Counted from the stretch's first letter, positions 55,401 through 64,000 are shown. The stretch: DNA of 64,000 bases from Polyangiales bacterium (GCA_044229975.1 JBGARZ010000001.1:384001-448000), one strand, 5' to 3'. Translations and numbers: made by a program. Notes: generated by a model from the letters alone, not told the origin.

Positions 55401-56072
55401 GTTGCGCAGCGACAGCGCGCCAAACGCAAAGCCCCCGGCGCCCTCGCTCGGCCACGCGGTGAAGACCCGCCCGCCGCCCGACACCGGCTGCGACATCAAC
55501 GGGTCGCCCAGGTACTTCGACCACCGCTGCCTTCCCGTGCGCGTGTCGAACGCGAACAGCGTGCAGCTCTCGGTGTTGAACAGCACCGTCTTGTCGTCGA
55601 CGATGGCCCCCGACGGTCCGCCGTCGGGCGTGTCGGCCTGCCAGCGCAGGGCGCCCGTCACCGCGTCGAGCGCGTACACCGTGGTGCTCGTGAAGCCCGC
55701 GCCGACGTACACCTTGCCGTCGGCGTACGCGGGCGTGATGAGCTGCTGCCCATCGGCGAGCTGGAGCACCCACCCGCGCCGCTGGCCGTGGAAGCGAAAC
55801 GTCGCCGAGCGCCCGAGACCCACCCGCGGCATCGGGAGCTGCCGTGGCGTGACGCGCGACCCGAGGGTGTCGTCGTCGCGCGCATCGTTGGGGTGCGCGA
55901 GCGCGGGCATCGCGTGCGGTACGGCGACCGCCACACCGGGCGCCTCTCGCGGCGTCTCGGCCTGGAGCACCGGGGCAGTGGGAGACGACGGCGCGACGGA
56001 CGAACGCCCCGGGTCGCACGACCCCAGGACGCAGGCCGCCAGCGCGCCCAGAAGGCGTGCGCGGGTGGACAT
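52419..56072 (-). CDS. Lipoprotein: PQQ-like beta-propeller + VIT + vWA + C-terminal TonB/AgmX-like domain
   Basis: VLGSC lipobox; ALDAVTGALRW repeats; VAQEFGNP..EYLFPLP VIT; DVSSSM MIDAS and SDG; ENPGLHGRARVEFTIAADGHV. Confidence 0.85.
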   Translation of the reverse strand: MSTRARLLGALAACVLGSCDPGRSSVAPSSPTAPVLQAETPREAPGVAVAVPHAMPALAHPNDARDDDTLGSRVTPRQLPMPRVGLGRSATFRFHGQRRGWVLQLADGQQLITPAYADGKVYVGAGFTSTTVYALDAVTGALRWQADTPDGGPSGAIVDDKTVLFNTESCTLFAFDTRTGRQRWSKYLGDPLMSQPVSGGGRVFTAWPSEGAGGFAFGALSLRNGRVLWSRPVTADVMTAPVVVGDAVYATLMDGTVARWRTTDGRRMWSRRAGATSAPAVDGERLYLAQRVDRGHERPLVINARTGVVETRGEGVRAGYVAQRPDTGGTEPGWAWEGSRPAVADGRVYQAMGDEIVARSQSTGAVVWRKRNPMGGAVRGVTSPAVVGSQLVVGTRGGDVFGLDIDSGQTTWAVRVGEPIGFQPAVANGWVYVVTTRGKVVGMEIGDRSLDGWHMWGGNASHTGLTASEAAPAEDERPTAGTLRATGASGERLPMVHTEMEATVEGPVARVTVAQEFGNPHAQTIDAEYLFPLPGDAAVDAMELRVGARVIQGSVQTRGDARRTYQQARARGRTAALLEQERPNLFRQAVANIRPGERVSVRLRFVQTVAWRDGQYELVLPLRSGATGALATQPVGDASVRATVGLGVALASIGSPSHEVNVTGSGAGPRTVALRSARVAADRDYVLRYAPAVSVAAPSVLTSEGPDGRYLTLQIHPEARVPDAMVTPREVVFAVDVSSSMRGRSMEQAKAVLRESVRRLRAGDAFRVLAFSDVVTPLSADALTVDDASRARALAFIDGLQAAGATGLRAGLDAALAGAAAGGRLKVVVVVSDGYVGDERAVLAGVRGALGASRVFTLGVGSAVNRYLLETIAEEGRGEASVVTPGEDAAMAASRFAAMIDRPCLTDVSVDFGDLDVREAFPRVMPDLYADRPVLLHARYTRGGRGTIRVRGLVGGRRWERAVEVDLPASTGDAGVRSTWERDALPSLWARARVKELTRAMLLGEVAAMRDEVTALGMRFGLVTEYTSFVAVDEAPTPTPGVAQPRSATPPLSAVVGVATVRPGGLFADGSASSGGGGGYALAGRLAMAGPSAGLGVVDVVQAAPPTRATAVVRPMSAVPDEHHEDERQVAMRALSVRVRAVVSRMLRENPGLHGRARVEFTIAADGHVVRVRTLDEDEGWAVLVPALMTAMEGLVLPTTTGGETTLVVPITAGADG

Positions 56073-56120
56073 GGCTACGCGCTATGACGCCCGACCCGGC
56101 CGAAGGTTTGCGCGAATCGC

Positions 56121-58775
56121 CTACGCCTGCGCGGGCGCGAGCATGGGCAGGCGGAGGACGAAGGTGGTGCCCTTGCCGCGCTCGCTCTCGACGGTGACGG
56201 TTCCGCCGAGGCCGTGCACCACGCGCCAGACGATGGTGAGCCCGAGGCCGAGGCCCTTGCCCGGCGCCTTCGTCGTGAAGAAGGGCGTGAAGATGCGCGC
56301 GCGGTCTTCGGGCGAGATGCCGTAGCCGTTGTCGCTCACGGAGATCACCGCCACGCCGTTGTCGCGCGACCCGCGCACCACCACGCGACCGGTCTCCTCC
56401 TCGCAGGCTTCGACGGCGTTTTGCACCAGGTTGGAGATCGCCTGATGCACCTCCTCGGGGACGCACTCGACGAAGGCTTCACCTTCCAGTTCGAGTACGA
56501 GCTCCACGGCGCGACCCGTCGACGAGGTCACCAGCGCGGCGACGTCCCTCGCGCCCGCGAAGATGTCGTGCGAGCGCGCCACCCGGGCGAAGCCCTCGCG
56601 GCTGTACCGCCGCATGAGCGCCACCGTCTCGCCGATGCGCGTGAGCCCCGACTGGGCCGTCTCGAACATCTTCAGCGTCCGTGTCTCCAGCTTCGTGATC
56701 TTGGCGCGCTCGGCGTCGGCCTCGGTCAGCGTCCCCGTCAGCTTGAACACCTCGGTCACATCGAGACGCACCCGCAGAAACGCGTTGCGCACGTAGTTGA
56801 GCGGGTTGTTGATCTCGTGCGCGAGGCCGCCCGCGATGGTCTCCAGCGAGTCCATCTGCTGGGTGAGCACCCGGTCGGCGGTGCGCTCGCTCGCCGCGGC
56901 GTGCTTCTGCACCGTCGCCAGGAGCTCGCGGTTGTTGAAGGGCTTGGTGAGGTACTCGGTGACCCCCGAGTCGATGCCGTGCAGGCGGTCGTCGACCTCG
57001 CCGCGGGCCGTGAGCATCAGCACGGGCGTGTGCCGCGTGCGCGGGTCGGCGCGGAGCTGCCGGGTCATCTCGTAGCCGTCCATCTCGGGCATCATCAGGT
57101 CGGTGATGATCACGTCGGGCAGGTGCTTGAGCGCGAGCTCCAGGCCCCGCGCACCGTTGGGCGCCGTAAACAGCCTGAACTGCTGGCGCAGCACCGTGTG
57201 GATGACCCGCACGACCTCCACGGTGTCCTCCACCACCAGCACGGTGCGACCGCGCGAGTCCTCGTCGGCGTCGCGCTCCACCACGCGGCGCTCGGTCGCG
57301 TCGGAGACGTCCAGCAGGCGAAACTCGTCGCGCTCGGCGAACTGCGCCGTCCAGTCGTTGACCGCCGGGTCCGACCGCCGCTCGTTGGGGACGTCGTTGG
57401 TGCGGTCGCGCCGCTCCAACGCGTCGGCCGGGAAGTGCGCGCGCCCCTTGTGCAACGTCACGGTGAAGGTCGCCCCCTCGCCCGGCACTCCCGCCGCCGA
57501 GATCACTCCCCCGTGGAGCTCGACGAGCTCGCGCGCGAGGGCGAGGCCGATGCCCGTGCCGCCCTGCGTGTAGCGGTTCTGCGCGGTCTCGCTGTCGACC
57601 TGGAAGAAGCGCTCGAAGAGCCGCTCGGCGAGCTCCGGGGGAAAGCCCACGCCCGTGTCGGCCACCGAGACGATCACGTCACGGTCCGTGTCGACGAGCT
57701 TGATGGTGATGGTGCCGCCCTCGGGCGTGTGCTTCGAGGCGTTGGAGAGCAGGTTGATGAAGACGCGCTCCATCCGGTCGAGGTCGCAGTACACCTCGGT
57801 GCGCTCGACGTTGCTCTCGAAGCGCAGCTCGATCTGCTTGCGCTCGGTGAGCGGCGCGATCTGCGCGGCCAGGCCCCGCAGCCACAGCACGAGGTCCTGC
57901 GGCTTCACCCGCAGCCGCAGCCGCGACTCCTCCAGCTTCGACAGGTCGAGCAGGTCGCCGATGAGCCGCAGGAGGCGAGAGCCCGACTGGTACACCGAGC
58001 GCAACGTCGCGCGCTGCGGGTCGGTGAGCGCCCCGGAGTCACCCTCGATCATCAGCTCCAGCGGCGACAGGATGAGCGCGAGCGGGGTCTTCAGCTCGTG
58101 GGTCACGTTGGCGAAGAAGCGCGACTTGAACGCGTCGAGGCGCTGGAGCTCACCGTGCGCGCGGGCGAGCGTCTCCCCGGCGGCCTCCAGCTTCACCCGG
58201 TTCTCCACCTGCTCGCGGGCGCGGCCGTAGCCGAACACCTGCGCCGTGCTCACGATGGCCGCCGTCGACACCACGAAGAAGCAGTGGATGAGCGCCTCGG
58301 GGTCGAGACGGCTCGTCAGCGCGCCGAGGTTGGAGAGCACAAACGACGCCGCGATGGACCCGTGCGTCGCGACGGCGACGGACTTCGGCCAGTGGAAGAG
58401 CATCCCCCCGCCGAGCATCACCATCATGAGCCCGGGGTAGTACGGGCTCTGCACGCCGCCCAGCACCAGGGTCATCACCGTGATGCTGAAGCCCACGAAG
58501 GCCATGTACGCGCCCGTCACGACGGTGCCGTAGCGGGGAAACGGCTCCATGCGCCGGAAGCGCGCGAGGGCCAGCGACACGAAGATGCCCGTGAAGCGCG
58601 TGCCCAGGAGCAGCGGCAGGTACCGCCGCGGAGCCGTGAGCACGTCGAGCCCGGCGAAGACGGTGTGCAGCGCGATGACGAGGATGAGCGCGAAGAGGGA
58701 GCCGCGGCGGTTGTGCTCCGTGAGCCAGGTGCGCCAGGCGCGCTCGACCTGGGCCCCTTCGACGAAGACGCTCAT
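56121..58775 (-). CDS. Membrane hybrid histidine kinase TM-HisKA-HATPase-REC-HisKA-HATPase
   Basis: N-terminal TM bundle; HELKTPL/NLLSNA/GGTGIGL; ITDLMMP receiver; second HEINNPL/NLVQNA/FTPFFTTK/GLGLGL. Confidence 0.92.
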   Translation of the reverse strand: MSVFVEGAQVERAWRTWLTEHNRRGSLFALILVIALHTVFAGLDVLTAPRRYLPLLLGTRFTGIFVSLALARFRRMEPFPRYGTVVTGAYMAFVGFSITVMTLVLGGVQSPYYPGLMMVMLGGGMLFHWPKSVAVATHGSIAASFVLSNLGALTSRLDPEALIHCFFVVSTAAIVSTAQVFGYGRAREQVENRVKLEAAGETLARAHGELQRLDAFKSRFFANVTHELKTPLALILSPLELMIEGDSGALTDPQRATLRSVYQSGSRLLRLIGDLLDLSKLEESRLRLRVKPQDLVLWLRGLAAQIAPLTERKQIELRFESNVERTEVYCDLDRMERVFINLLSNASKHTPEGGTITIKLVDTDRDVIVSVADTGVGFPPELAERLFERFFQVDSETAQNRYTQGGTGIGLALARELVELHGGVISAAGVPGEGATFTVTLHKGRAHFPADALERRDRTNDVPNERRSDPAVNDWTAQFAERDEFRLLDVSDATERRVVERDADEDSRGRTVLVVEDTVEVVRVIHTVLRQQFRLFTAPNGARGLELALKHLPDVIITDLMMPEMDGYEMTRQLRADPRTRHTPVLMLTARGEVDDRLHGIDSGVTEYLTKPFNNRELLATVQKHAAASERTADRVLTQQMDSLETIAGGLAHEINNPLNYVRNAFLRVRLDVTEVFKLTGTLTEADAERAKITKLETRTLKMFETAQSGLTRIGETVALMRRYSREGFARVARSHDIFAGARDVAALVTSSTGRAVELVLELEGEAFVECVPEEVHQAISNLVQNAVEACEEETGRVVVRGSRDNGVAVISVSDNGYGISPEDRARIFTPFFTTKAPGKGLGLGLTIVWRVVHGLGGTVTVESERGKGTTFVLRLPMLAPAQA

Positions 58776-60322
58776 TCGTGTCGGTGGATCGCCACGAAGG
58801 GGTTATACCCCGACGCCTCCTCCAGCGGTTCGATGTCCACATCGGCCGCGCAGTCCGCGGCGATGGAGTGGAGTTCTTCGCGGGTGCGGTAGATGACGAA
58901 CCAGTCGAGGTGGTGCTCCAGCAGCCAGCGGGTGCGCAGCTCGGGCACGACGTTGCCGACGAAGAGGGTCCCGCCCGGGGAGAGGCTCGCCACGAGGTTG
59001 GAGCACAGCGCCACCGCGTTGGGGCGAGGGAGGTAGTCGAGCAGCCCGGAGCACACCACGAGGTCGAAGGGCCCCTGCCGCGCGTACACCGTCGGCCCCT
59101 TGAGCAGCTCGCGGATGGACTCGTGGAGGAAGACCAGCTTCACCTCGCCGGGTGCGTTTTCCGCGAGCGGGCGCAGCCGCGAGAGCGAGTACGACAGGGC
59201 GTCGCGGGCCTGGTCGAAGAGCACGCAGCGCAGCGGGCGATGCCCCGGCCGCAGCCCGCGCAGAAGCTCCAGCACCTCCTCGCAGGGGCCGCTGCCCACC
59301 AGCGCGATGGAGATGGGCTTCGCCCCGGGCTCGTGCACGCGGAGGGACATCTGGTCGCGGAGGAGGTCCTTGCGGCCGCGGATCATGCGCGCGCCGTCGG
59401 TCTCCGTCGCCGCGAGATGGAGCGCGCGGGAGAAGAGGTTCGCCCCCTCGAAGCGGCTCTCGTAGATGTACTTCATGAGGATGAAGTCACCGGGGTAGCC
59501 GAGGGGCTTGCTGCGTGCGCGGTGGAAGAAGGGCGCCTGCATCAACAGCGGGTCGAGGTGCCGCTGCGAGAGGTGACGGAGCGCGACGGACTCCTCGGGG
59601 CTGGCGCCGCGGAGGGCCTCGTCGATGTGGCGTTCGAGGCCGAGGAAGTTGCGCACGAAGCCGCCGTGCAGCTCCTCGATGAGCACCTCGCGCAGGGGCG
59701 CGTCGCCGGTGCCGTTGACCACCTCGAAGGGCAGGTCGTTTTCCAGGCGCGTGAGCTGCTCGCGGGCGTCTTCGAGGAAGAGCCGCATCTCGCAGACGCC
59801 TGCCTTGTAGGTGTCGTTGCCGGGCGCCGACCAGGCCCGCGAGCGGTGGTCGAGGTCGAGCAGTCCGCCGCCGCGCGCGCTGCGCACCTGCTGGAGCGTG
59901 AGCAGGTCGTCGGTGTTGAGCAGCCCCTCCAAGAACGACCCGCCGACGATGGTCTCGGCGCCCTCCTCGCGCACCGAGATCACCTGGAGCCCGCCGCGGT
60001 ACACCTCGCGCTGGTCGACGGTGATGGTCACCGGGTCGAACACCGCGGCCACCTCCGGCACCTCCGCCTCGGGGGGCCAGTGCAGGGCCACGCCGTTTTG
60101 CGACACGTCGCGCAGCTCGCAGTCGACGGTGCGGGTCGGGTGCGGGATGTGCGCCCTCAGCTCCAGCGCCGCGAGCCGGGCCCGCGCGATGCGATCGGGA
60201 CGGAAAAACGCCGCCGCACCAGTGCCGCCGGGCAGGCTCACATAGGCCGCGCCGGGGTTGCTCGACGGCCATGACAGCCGCTGCCCGCGGTCGAGTTCCG
60301 ACCGCTCATCATCGTTGGACAC
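58772..60322 (-). CDS. PilZ-like domain + class I SAM-dependent methyltransferase, PhcB-like
   Basis: DVSQNG PilZ-type motif; RARSKPLGYPGDF, VGSGPCEE, FDLVVCSGLLDYL, LSPGGTLFVGN, LEHHLDWFVIYR; AGGAGAG RBS. Confidence 0.75.
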   Translation of the reverse strand: MSNDDERSELDRGQRLSWPSSNPGAAYVSLPGGTGAAAFFRPDRIARARLAALELRAHIPHPTRTVDCELRDVSQNGVALHWPPEAEVPEVAAVFDPVTITVDQREVYRGGLQVISVREEGAETIVGGSFLEGLLNTDDLLTLQQVRSARGGGLLDLDHRSRAWSAPGNDTYKAGVCEMRLFLEDAREQLTRLENDLPFEVVNGTGDAPLREVLIEELHGGFVRNFLGLERHIDEALRGASPEESVALRHLSQRHLDPLLMQAPFFHRARSKPLGYPGDFILMKYIYESRFEGANLFSRALHLAATETDGARMIRGRKDLLRDQMSLRVHEPGAKPISIALVGSGPCEEVLELLRGLRPGHRPLRCVLFDQARDALSYSLSRLRPLAENAPGEVKLVFLHESIRELLKGPTVYARQGPFDLVVCSGLLDYLPRPNAVALCSNLVASLSPGGTLFVGNVVPELRTRWLLEHHLDWFVIYRTREELHSIAADCAADVDIEPLEEASGYNPFVAIHRHE

Positions 60323-60331
60323 GCTCTCTCC

Positions 60332-61528
60332 TCAGCTTCGCTTCAGCTCGATCACGAACCGCGCGCCCGTGCCCGGCGGCTCCGGTCGCACCCACCGGAT
60401 GGTGCCGCCGTGCTGCTCCATGATGAGCCGGCACATGTAGAGGCCCATGCCGAGACCCGCGACGCCCTTGGTGCTCTCGAAGGGGTCGAACAGCCGCGCC
60501 GCGATCTCCGCCGCCACGCCGGGCCCCTGGTCTTGCACCGCGATGGACACGGACGACTCCGTCGCCGACGCCTCCACGAGGATGGTCTGCGGCGCGTCGG
60601 TGGACTGCATCGCGTTGCGCAGGAGGTTGACCAGCACCTGGAGCAGCCGCGCGCGATCGCACTGCACCCGCGGGAGGCCGGCCTCGATCTGCACCTCGCA
60701 GCGCGAGCGGCGCTGCTCCATCTCCAGGCCCGCGAGGATGACGGCGTCTTGCACCACCTCGCCGAGGTCGACCGCCTCGACTTGTAGCGAGAGCCCGCCG
60801 GCCGCGAACTGATGGAGCGTGCTGAGCGTGCTCATCAGGTTGCGCGTGGCCGACACGCCGACGCGCAGCGCCGACATGAGCCGCGGCGCGACGTGCTGCG
60901 ACTCGAAGAGGCTCTCGATGAGGGTCAAGCCCCCGAGGGTGTTGCGGAGGTCGTGGGTGATGCCCGCCGTGAGCCGACCGAGGGTGCCCAGCCGCTCCAG
61001 GTGGAGCATCTTCTGCTGCGTCGCGCGCAGCTCGTCGAAGGCCGCCTTGAGCTCGTCGCTCTGCGCCGCGAGCTTCGCCAAGAGCTGCGCGTTGAGCCGC
61101 CGCTGCTGCACCATCGCGCTCGCCTGCGCGACGGCGCCGAGGAGGTCTTCCGGCTCCCAGGGCTTGTGCAGGTGGCGGAAGACCCGCGCCCGGTTGATGG
61201 CGTCGACCAGCACCGGCGTGTCGGTGAAGGCCGTGAGCAGGATGCCCGCCACGTCGGGGCTGCGGTTTTGCACCACCGTGAGCAGCTCGATGCCCGTCAT
61301 GCCGGGCATGCGCTGGTCGGCCACGATGACGTCGAACTGCACCTCGTCGAGGAGCGTGAGCGCGAGCTCCGCCGACTGCGCCTCGTGGACCACGTAGTCC
61401 GCTTCGAGAAACGCACGCAGCACGTCGAGGTTGCCCGTGTCGTCGTCGACCACGAGAACCTGTCGGGTGAGCGTCTCGCCGATCCCGTGGCGGGTGGCGA
61501 GCGCCGCGAGCACGTCGGGCTCTAGCAC
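60332..61528 (-). CDS. Cytoplasmic REC-HisKA-HATPase hybrid
   Basis: VVDDD, ADQRMPGMTG, KPW receiver; HDLRN, NLLRNA, DQGPG, GLGMGL. Confidence 0.9.
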   Translation of the reverse strand: MLEPDVLAALATRHGIGETLTRQVLVVDDDTGNLDVLRAFLEADYVVHEAQSAELALTLLDEVQFDVIVADQRMPGMTGIELLTVVQNRSPDVAGILLTAFTDTPVLVDAINRARVFRHLHKPWEPEDLLGAVAQASAMVQQRRLNAQLLAKLAAQSDELKAAFDELRATQQKMLHLERLGTLGRLTAGITHDLRNTLGGLTLIESLFESQHVAPRLMSALRVGVSATRNLMSTLSTLHQFAAGGLSLQVEAVDLGEVVQDAVILAGLEMEQRRSRCEVQIEAGLPRVQCDRARLLQVLVNLLRNAMQSTDAPQTILVEASATESSVSIAVQDQGPGVAAEIAARLFDPFESTKGVAGLGMGLYMCRLIMEQHGGTIRWVRPEPPGTGARFVIELKRS

Positions 61529-61590
61529 CCGCGCAGTCTATGCTTCGCCCATCGGGCGCTTCAACAGCGAAGTGTCCGATTGTCGGACGG

Positions 61591-62790
61591 TCACACTTCG
61601 TCGAAGGTGCGTCGCGCGGCGACCCGATCGAGGATGCGATCGGCGACCTCGACCTTCGACAATCGCGGCAGCGCCTCGACCTCCGACGCGGTCACCAACG
61701 TGACAAGGTTGTCCTCCCCTTCGAAGCCATCGACCGCGAGGTTGGCCACCACGAGGTCACAGCCCTTGCGCTTGAGCTTGTCGCGGGCGCGCTCGACGAG
61801 CTCGCTGGTCTCGAGCGCGAAGCCCACCAGCATCGGGCCGTCGGGCGCGCGATGGGCGCCGAGCTCGGCGAGGATGTCGGGGTTCTTCACGAGGCGCACC
61901 GTGAGCTCGTCGGCGGACTTCTTGATCTTCTCCCCGGCGACGTCGGCGGGGCGGTAATCGGCGACGGCCGCGGCCATCACCACGGCGTCCGCTCCGACGC
62001 TCGCAGTCATCACCGCGTCGCGCATCTCCCTCGCACTTCGCACGGCCACCACGGTCACACCTCCCGGCGGCGTGAGAGCGCTCGGACCGCTCACCAGCAC
62101 CACGCTCGCACCACGGGCGCGCGCCCGCGCGGCGAGGGCGTAGCCCATGCGACCCGACGACCGGTTGCCGACGAAGCGCACCGGATCGATGGCTTCGTGG
62201 GTGCCGCCCGCGCTGACGACGACACGACGCCCGGCGAGGTCTTGCGGCGTGAGCGCGCGCGCGGCAGCCAGTGCGATGTCCTCGGGCTCGACCATGCGAC
62301 CGATGCCGCTCTCGCCGCTCGCGAGCGGGCCCACCGCGGGCCCCGCGAAGACGACACCACGCGCCGCGAGGAGGGCGACGTTGGCGTGCGTGGCGGGGTG
62401 TTCCCACATGCGCGGGTGCATCGCGGGGGCGACCACGACGGGGCCGCGCGCGGCGAGCAGGCAGGTGGTGGCGAGGTCGTCGGCGAGGCCGTGGACCATG
62501 CGCGCGAGGAGGTCGGCGGTGGCGGGCGCGACCACGACGAGGTCGGCCTTCGCCGTGAGCGCGATGTGCAGCTCGCCCGGGTACGACGGGTCCCAGAGGT
62601 CGACGCGCGCGGCGCGGCCCGTGATGCCCGCAAAGGTCACGCCCGAGATGAAGCGCTGCCCCGCGTGGGTGAGCACCGTCTCCACCGAGGCGCCCGCGCG
62701 CTGGAGTTCTCTCGCGACGAGGGCCGACTTGAAGGCCGCGATGCCGCCGCCGACGACGAGCAGCACCTCGCGACCGGTGAGCGCGCTCAT
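61591..62790 (-). CDS. coaBC: Bifunctional phosphopantothenoylcysteine decarboxylase/ligase
   Basis: GGIAAFK, APATAD, PAMH..MW, DPVRFVGNRSSGRMG, AAAVADYRP, VGFALET. Confidence 0.96.
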   Translation of the reverse strand: MSALTGREVLLVVGGGIAAFKSALVARELQRAGASVETVLTHAGQRFISGVTFAGITGRAARVDLWDPSYPGELHIALTAKADLVVVAPATADLLARMVHGLADDLATTCLLAARGPVVVAPAMHPRMWEHPATHANVALLAARGVVFAGPAVGPLASGESGIGRMVEPEDIALAAARALTPQDLAGRRVVVSAGGTHEAIDPVRFVGNRSSGRMGYALAARARARGASVVLVSGPSALTPPGGVTVVAVRSAREMRDAVMTASVGADAVVMAAAVADYRPADVAGEKIKKSADELTVRLVKNPDILAELGAHRAPDGPMLVGFALETSELVERARDKLKRKGCDLVVANLAVDGFEGEDNLVTLVTASEVEALPRLSKVEVADRILDRVAARRTFDEV

Positions 62791-64000
62791 CGGGGTCGCG
62801 CCGCGGGGCGAGCCGGGGCCACTGCGCACCGAGCGCCGCCGCAGCCGGGCTGCACCACGCGACCGGCGGCACCAGCGGCGGACATGGCTTGCGCCGTGAC
62901 GGGCGGGAGCGCGCGGGTGAGGCCCTGGCGAACCATCCAGCCGGTGGTTCCGCAGAAGCCGGGGCGGCGAACCTCCTGGATGTCGTCGCTCTCCACGGGC
63001 TGCGTGAGCGCGAGGTACTGGTCGGCGGTGTACTCGGGGTGGTCGTCCTGGCGCGGGGCCGTGGCGCTGAGGGCCGCGCCGGTGCCGACGTGCCACACCT
63101 GCACCGTCGGGGGATACGCGTCCTGCCAGCGCTCGCGGATGGCCTGGTCGCCCTCGCGCACGATGCGGTAGCGCGTCACGCGGAAGCCCGGAATACCCCG
63201 CTGCGTAAGAACGCGGGTGCCGATGGGGAGGCTCGCGTCGGGCACCTCGCGCTCTTCGAAGCGGTCGACGCGCGGCATGATCTTGCGCACGAAGGTGACC
63301 GAGCGGGCGCGGCGGGCGCCGAGGAGCTCGATGCGCGCGAGGCCGTTGTTGAGCCGCGTGTGGATGACCACCGGGAAGGGCAGCGTGTTGCGCAGGCGCA
63401 GGTTGATGGACGGGTACACGACGGTCGCGTCGAGGCCCATCTTGATGTAGCCGCTGGGGCGCGAGTGGGGCGTGCGGTCGAGCACCTCCATCCCCGCGAA
63501 GAACGACGCGGCGTGCAGGCTGCCGGCGATCTGGCAGACGCCGCCGCCGACGCCGTCGATGAGCTCTCCCGCCGAGATGACGGTGGCCATGCGGAAGCCG
63601 TTGGCCTCGGAGCGGTCGCCCACGATGCCGTTGAAGTCGAGCACGGCGCCGGGCATCCAGACGTAGCCGTTGATGCGGCTCGCCGCGAGGTGGAGGTTGT
63701 ACGTGCGGTCGCGGTGGTCTTCGTTGGCGTTGTAGTTGGTCTGAAACCAGCCGACGACGGCGTTCATCTCGACGTCGCGGAGCTGGGCCGAGGTCATCGC
63801 GGGGTTGGTGTGTTCGAGCACGGCGTCGAGGCGGGGCTGCCCGCTGGTGAAGGCCGCGTCGAGCTGCGCGAGGGTGCCGAAGACGTCGAGGAAGGTTCCG
63901 CGCCGCTCGGGGATGACGCGGCGTTGCTCGACGTCGATGCGGGCGTCGACGGGCAGGTGGTCGACCTCCTCCTTCAACTGCGCGAGCAGCGGGAGCGCCA
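62787..64000 (-). CDS. VanW family protein (N-terminus beyond window)
   Basis: RTYNLHLAA, DFNGIVGDRS, GVGGGVCQ, PHS..Y..GLDATV; C-terminal G5-like segment. Confidence 0.88.
   Translation of the reverse strand, partial: ALPLLAQLKEEVDHLPVDARIDVEQRRVIPERRGTFLDVFGTLAQLDAAFTSGQPRLDAVLEHTNPAMTSAQLRDVEMNAVVGWFQTNYNANEDHRDRTYNLHLAASRINGYVWMPGAVLDFNGIVGDRSEANGFRMATVISAGELIDGVGGGVCQIAGSLHAASFFAGMEVLDRTPHSRPSGYIKMGLDATVVYPSINLRLRNTLPFPVVIHTRLNNGLARIELLGARRARSVTFVRKIMPRVDRFEEREVPDASLPIGTRVLTQRGIPGFRVTRYRIVREGDQAIRERWQDAYPPTVQVWHVGTGAALSATAPRQDDHPEYTADQYLALTQPVESDDIQEVRRPGFCGTTGWMVRQGLTRALPPVTAQAMSAAGAAGRVVQPGCGGARCAVAPARPAARPR

Noticed and set aside
62787..64000. Vancomycin resistance locus
   Set aside because: VanW-family proteins are widespread and no vanHAX/RS genes are present in the window
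1..64000. rRNA, tRNA, transposase, integrase or prophage genes
   Set aside because: None recognised by eye; tRNAscan-SE/Infernal/ISEScan would be needed to exclude small elements

Overview
Very GC-rich bacterial DNA. Its gene content (Ser/Thr kinases with PEGA partners, Cys-rich lipoproteins, VIT-vWA and VanW proteins) is typical of myxobacteria (Myxococcota, probably Polyangiales-like); this is inferred, not searched. Layout: 1-15.2 kb is a surface-polysaccharide locus (rmlA end, rmlB, GT2, GT-C-like protein, flippase, Thr-type sulfatase-fold protein) with an embedded acyl-tailoring module (ACP, two KAS III, two SDRs, GNAT, Rieske oxygenase, Asp/Asn beta-hydroxylase). 15.3-21.5 kb holds TerB and a czcCBA-type efflux operon, followed by a ~625-bp palindrome built from 54-bp tandem repeats. 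22.8-24.2 kb is a less GC-rich EEP nuclease + small-protein module, frameshifted at a (GA)5 tract. Next come a P1B-ATPase homologue lacking its catalytic motifs, NUDIX, a kinase/PEGA operon, rpsT, a glycogen debranching enzyme, a bphO-bphP bacteriophytochrome operon, pyk, a membrane Ser/Thr kinase, bestrophin, htpG, a PQQ-VIT-vWA fusion, coaBC and a VanW protein. The best candidate for an undescribed system is the operon at 56.1-61.5 kb: REC-HK, then a PilZ-like/PhcB-like SAM methyltransferase, then a TM-HK-REC-HK. It parallels the Ralstonia phcBSR fatty-acid-methyl-ester quorum-sensing locus, and its membrane sensor domain appears to recur on a Ser/Thr kinase ~10 kb away. No rRNA, tRNA, CRISPR array or transposase was recognised. 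All family calls come from motif recognition by eye.
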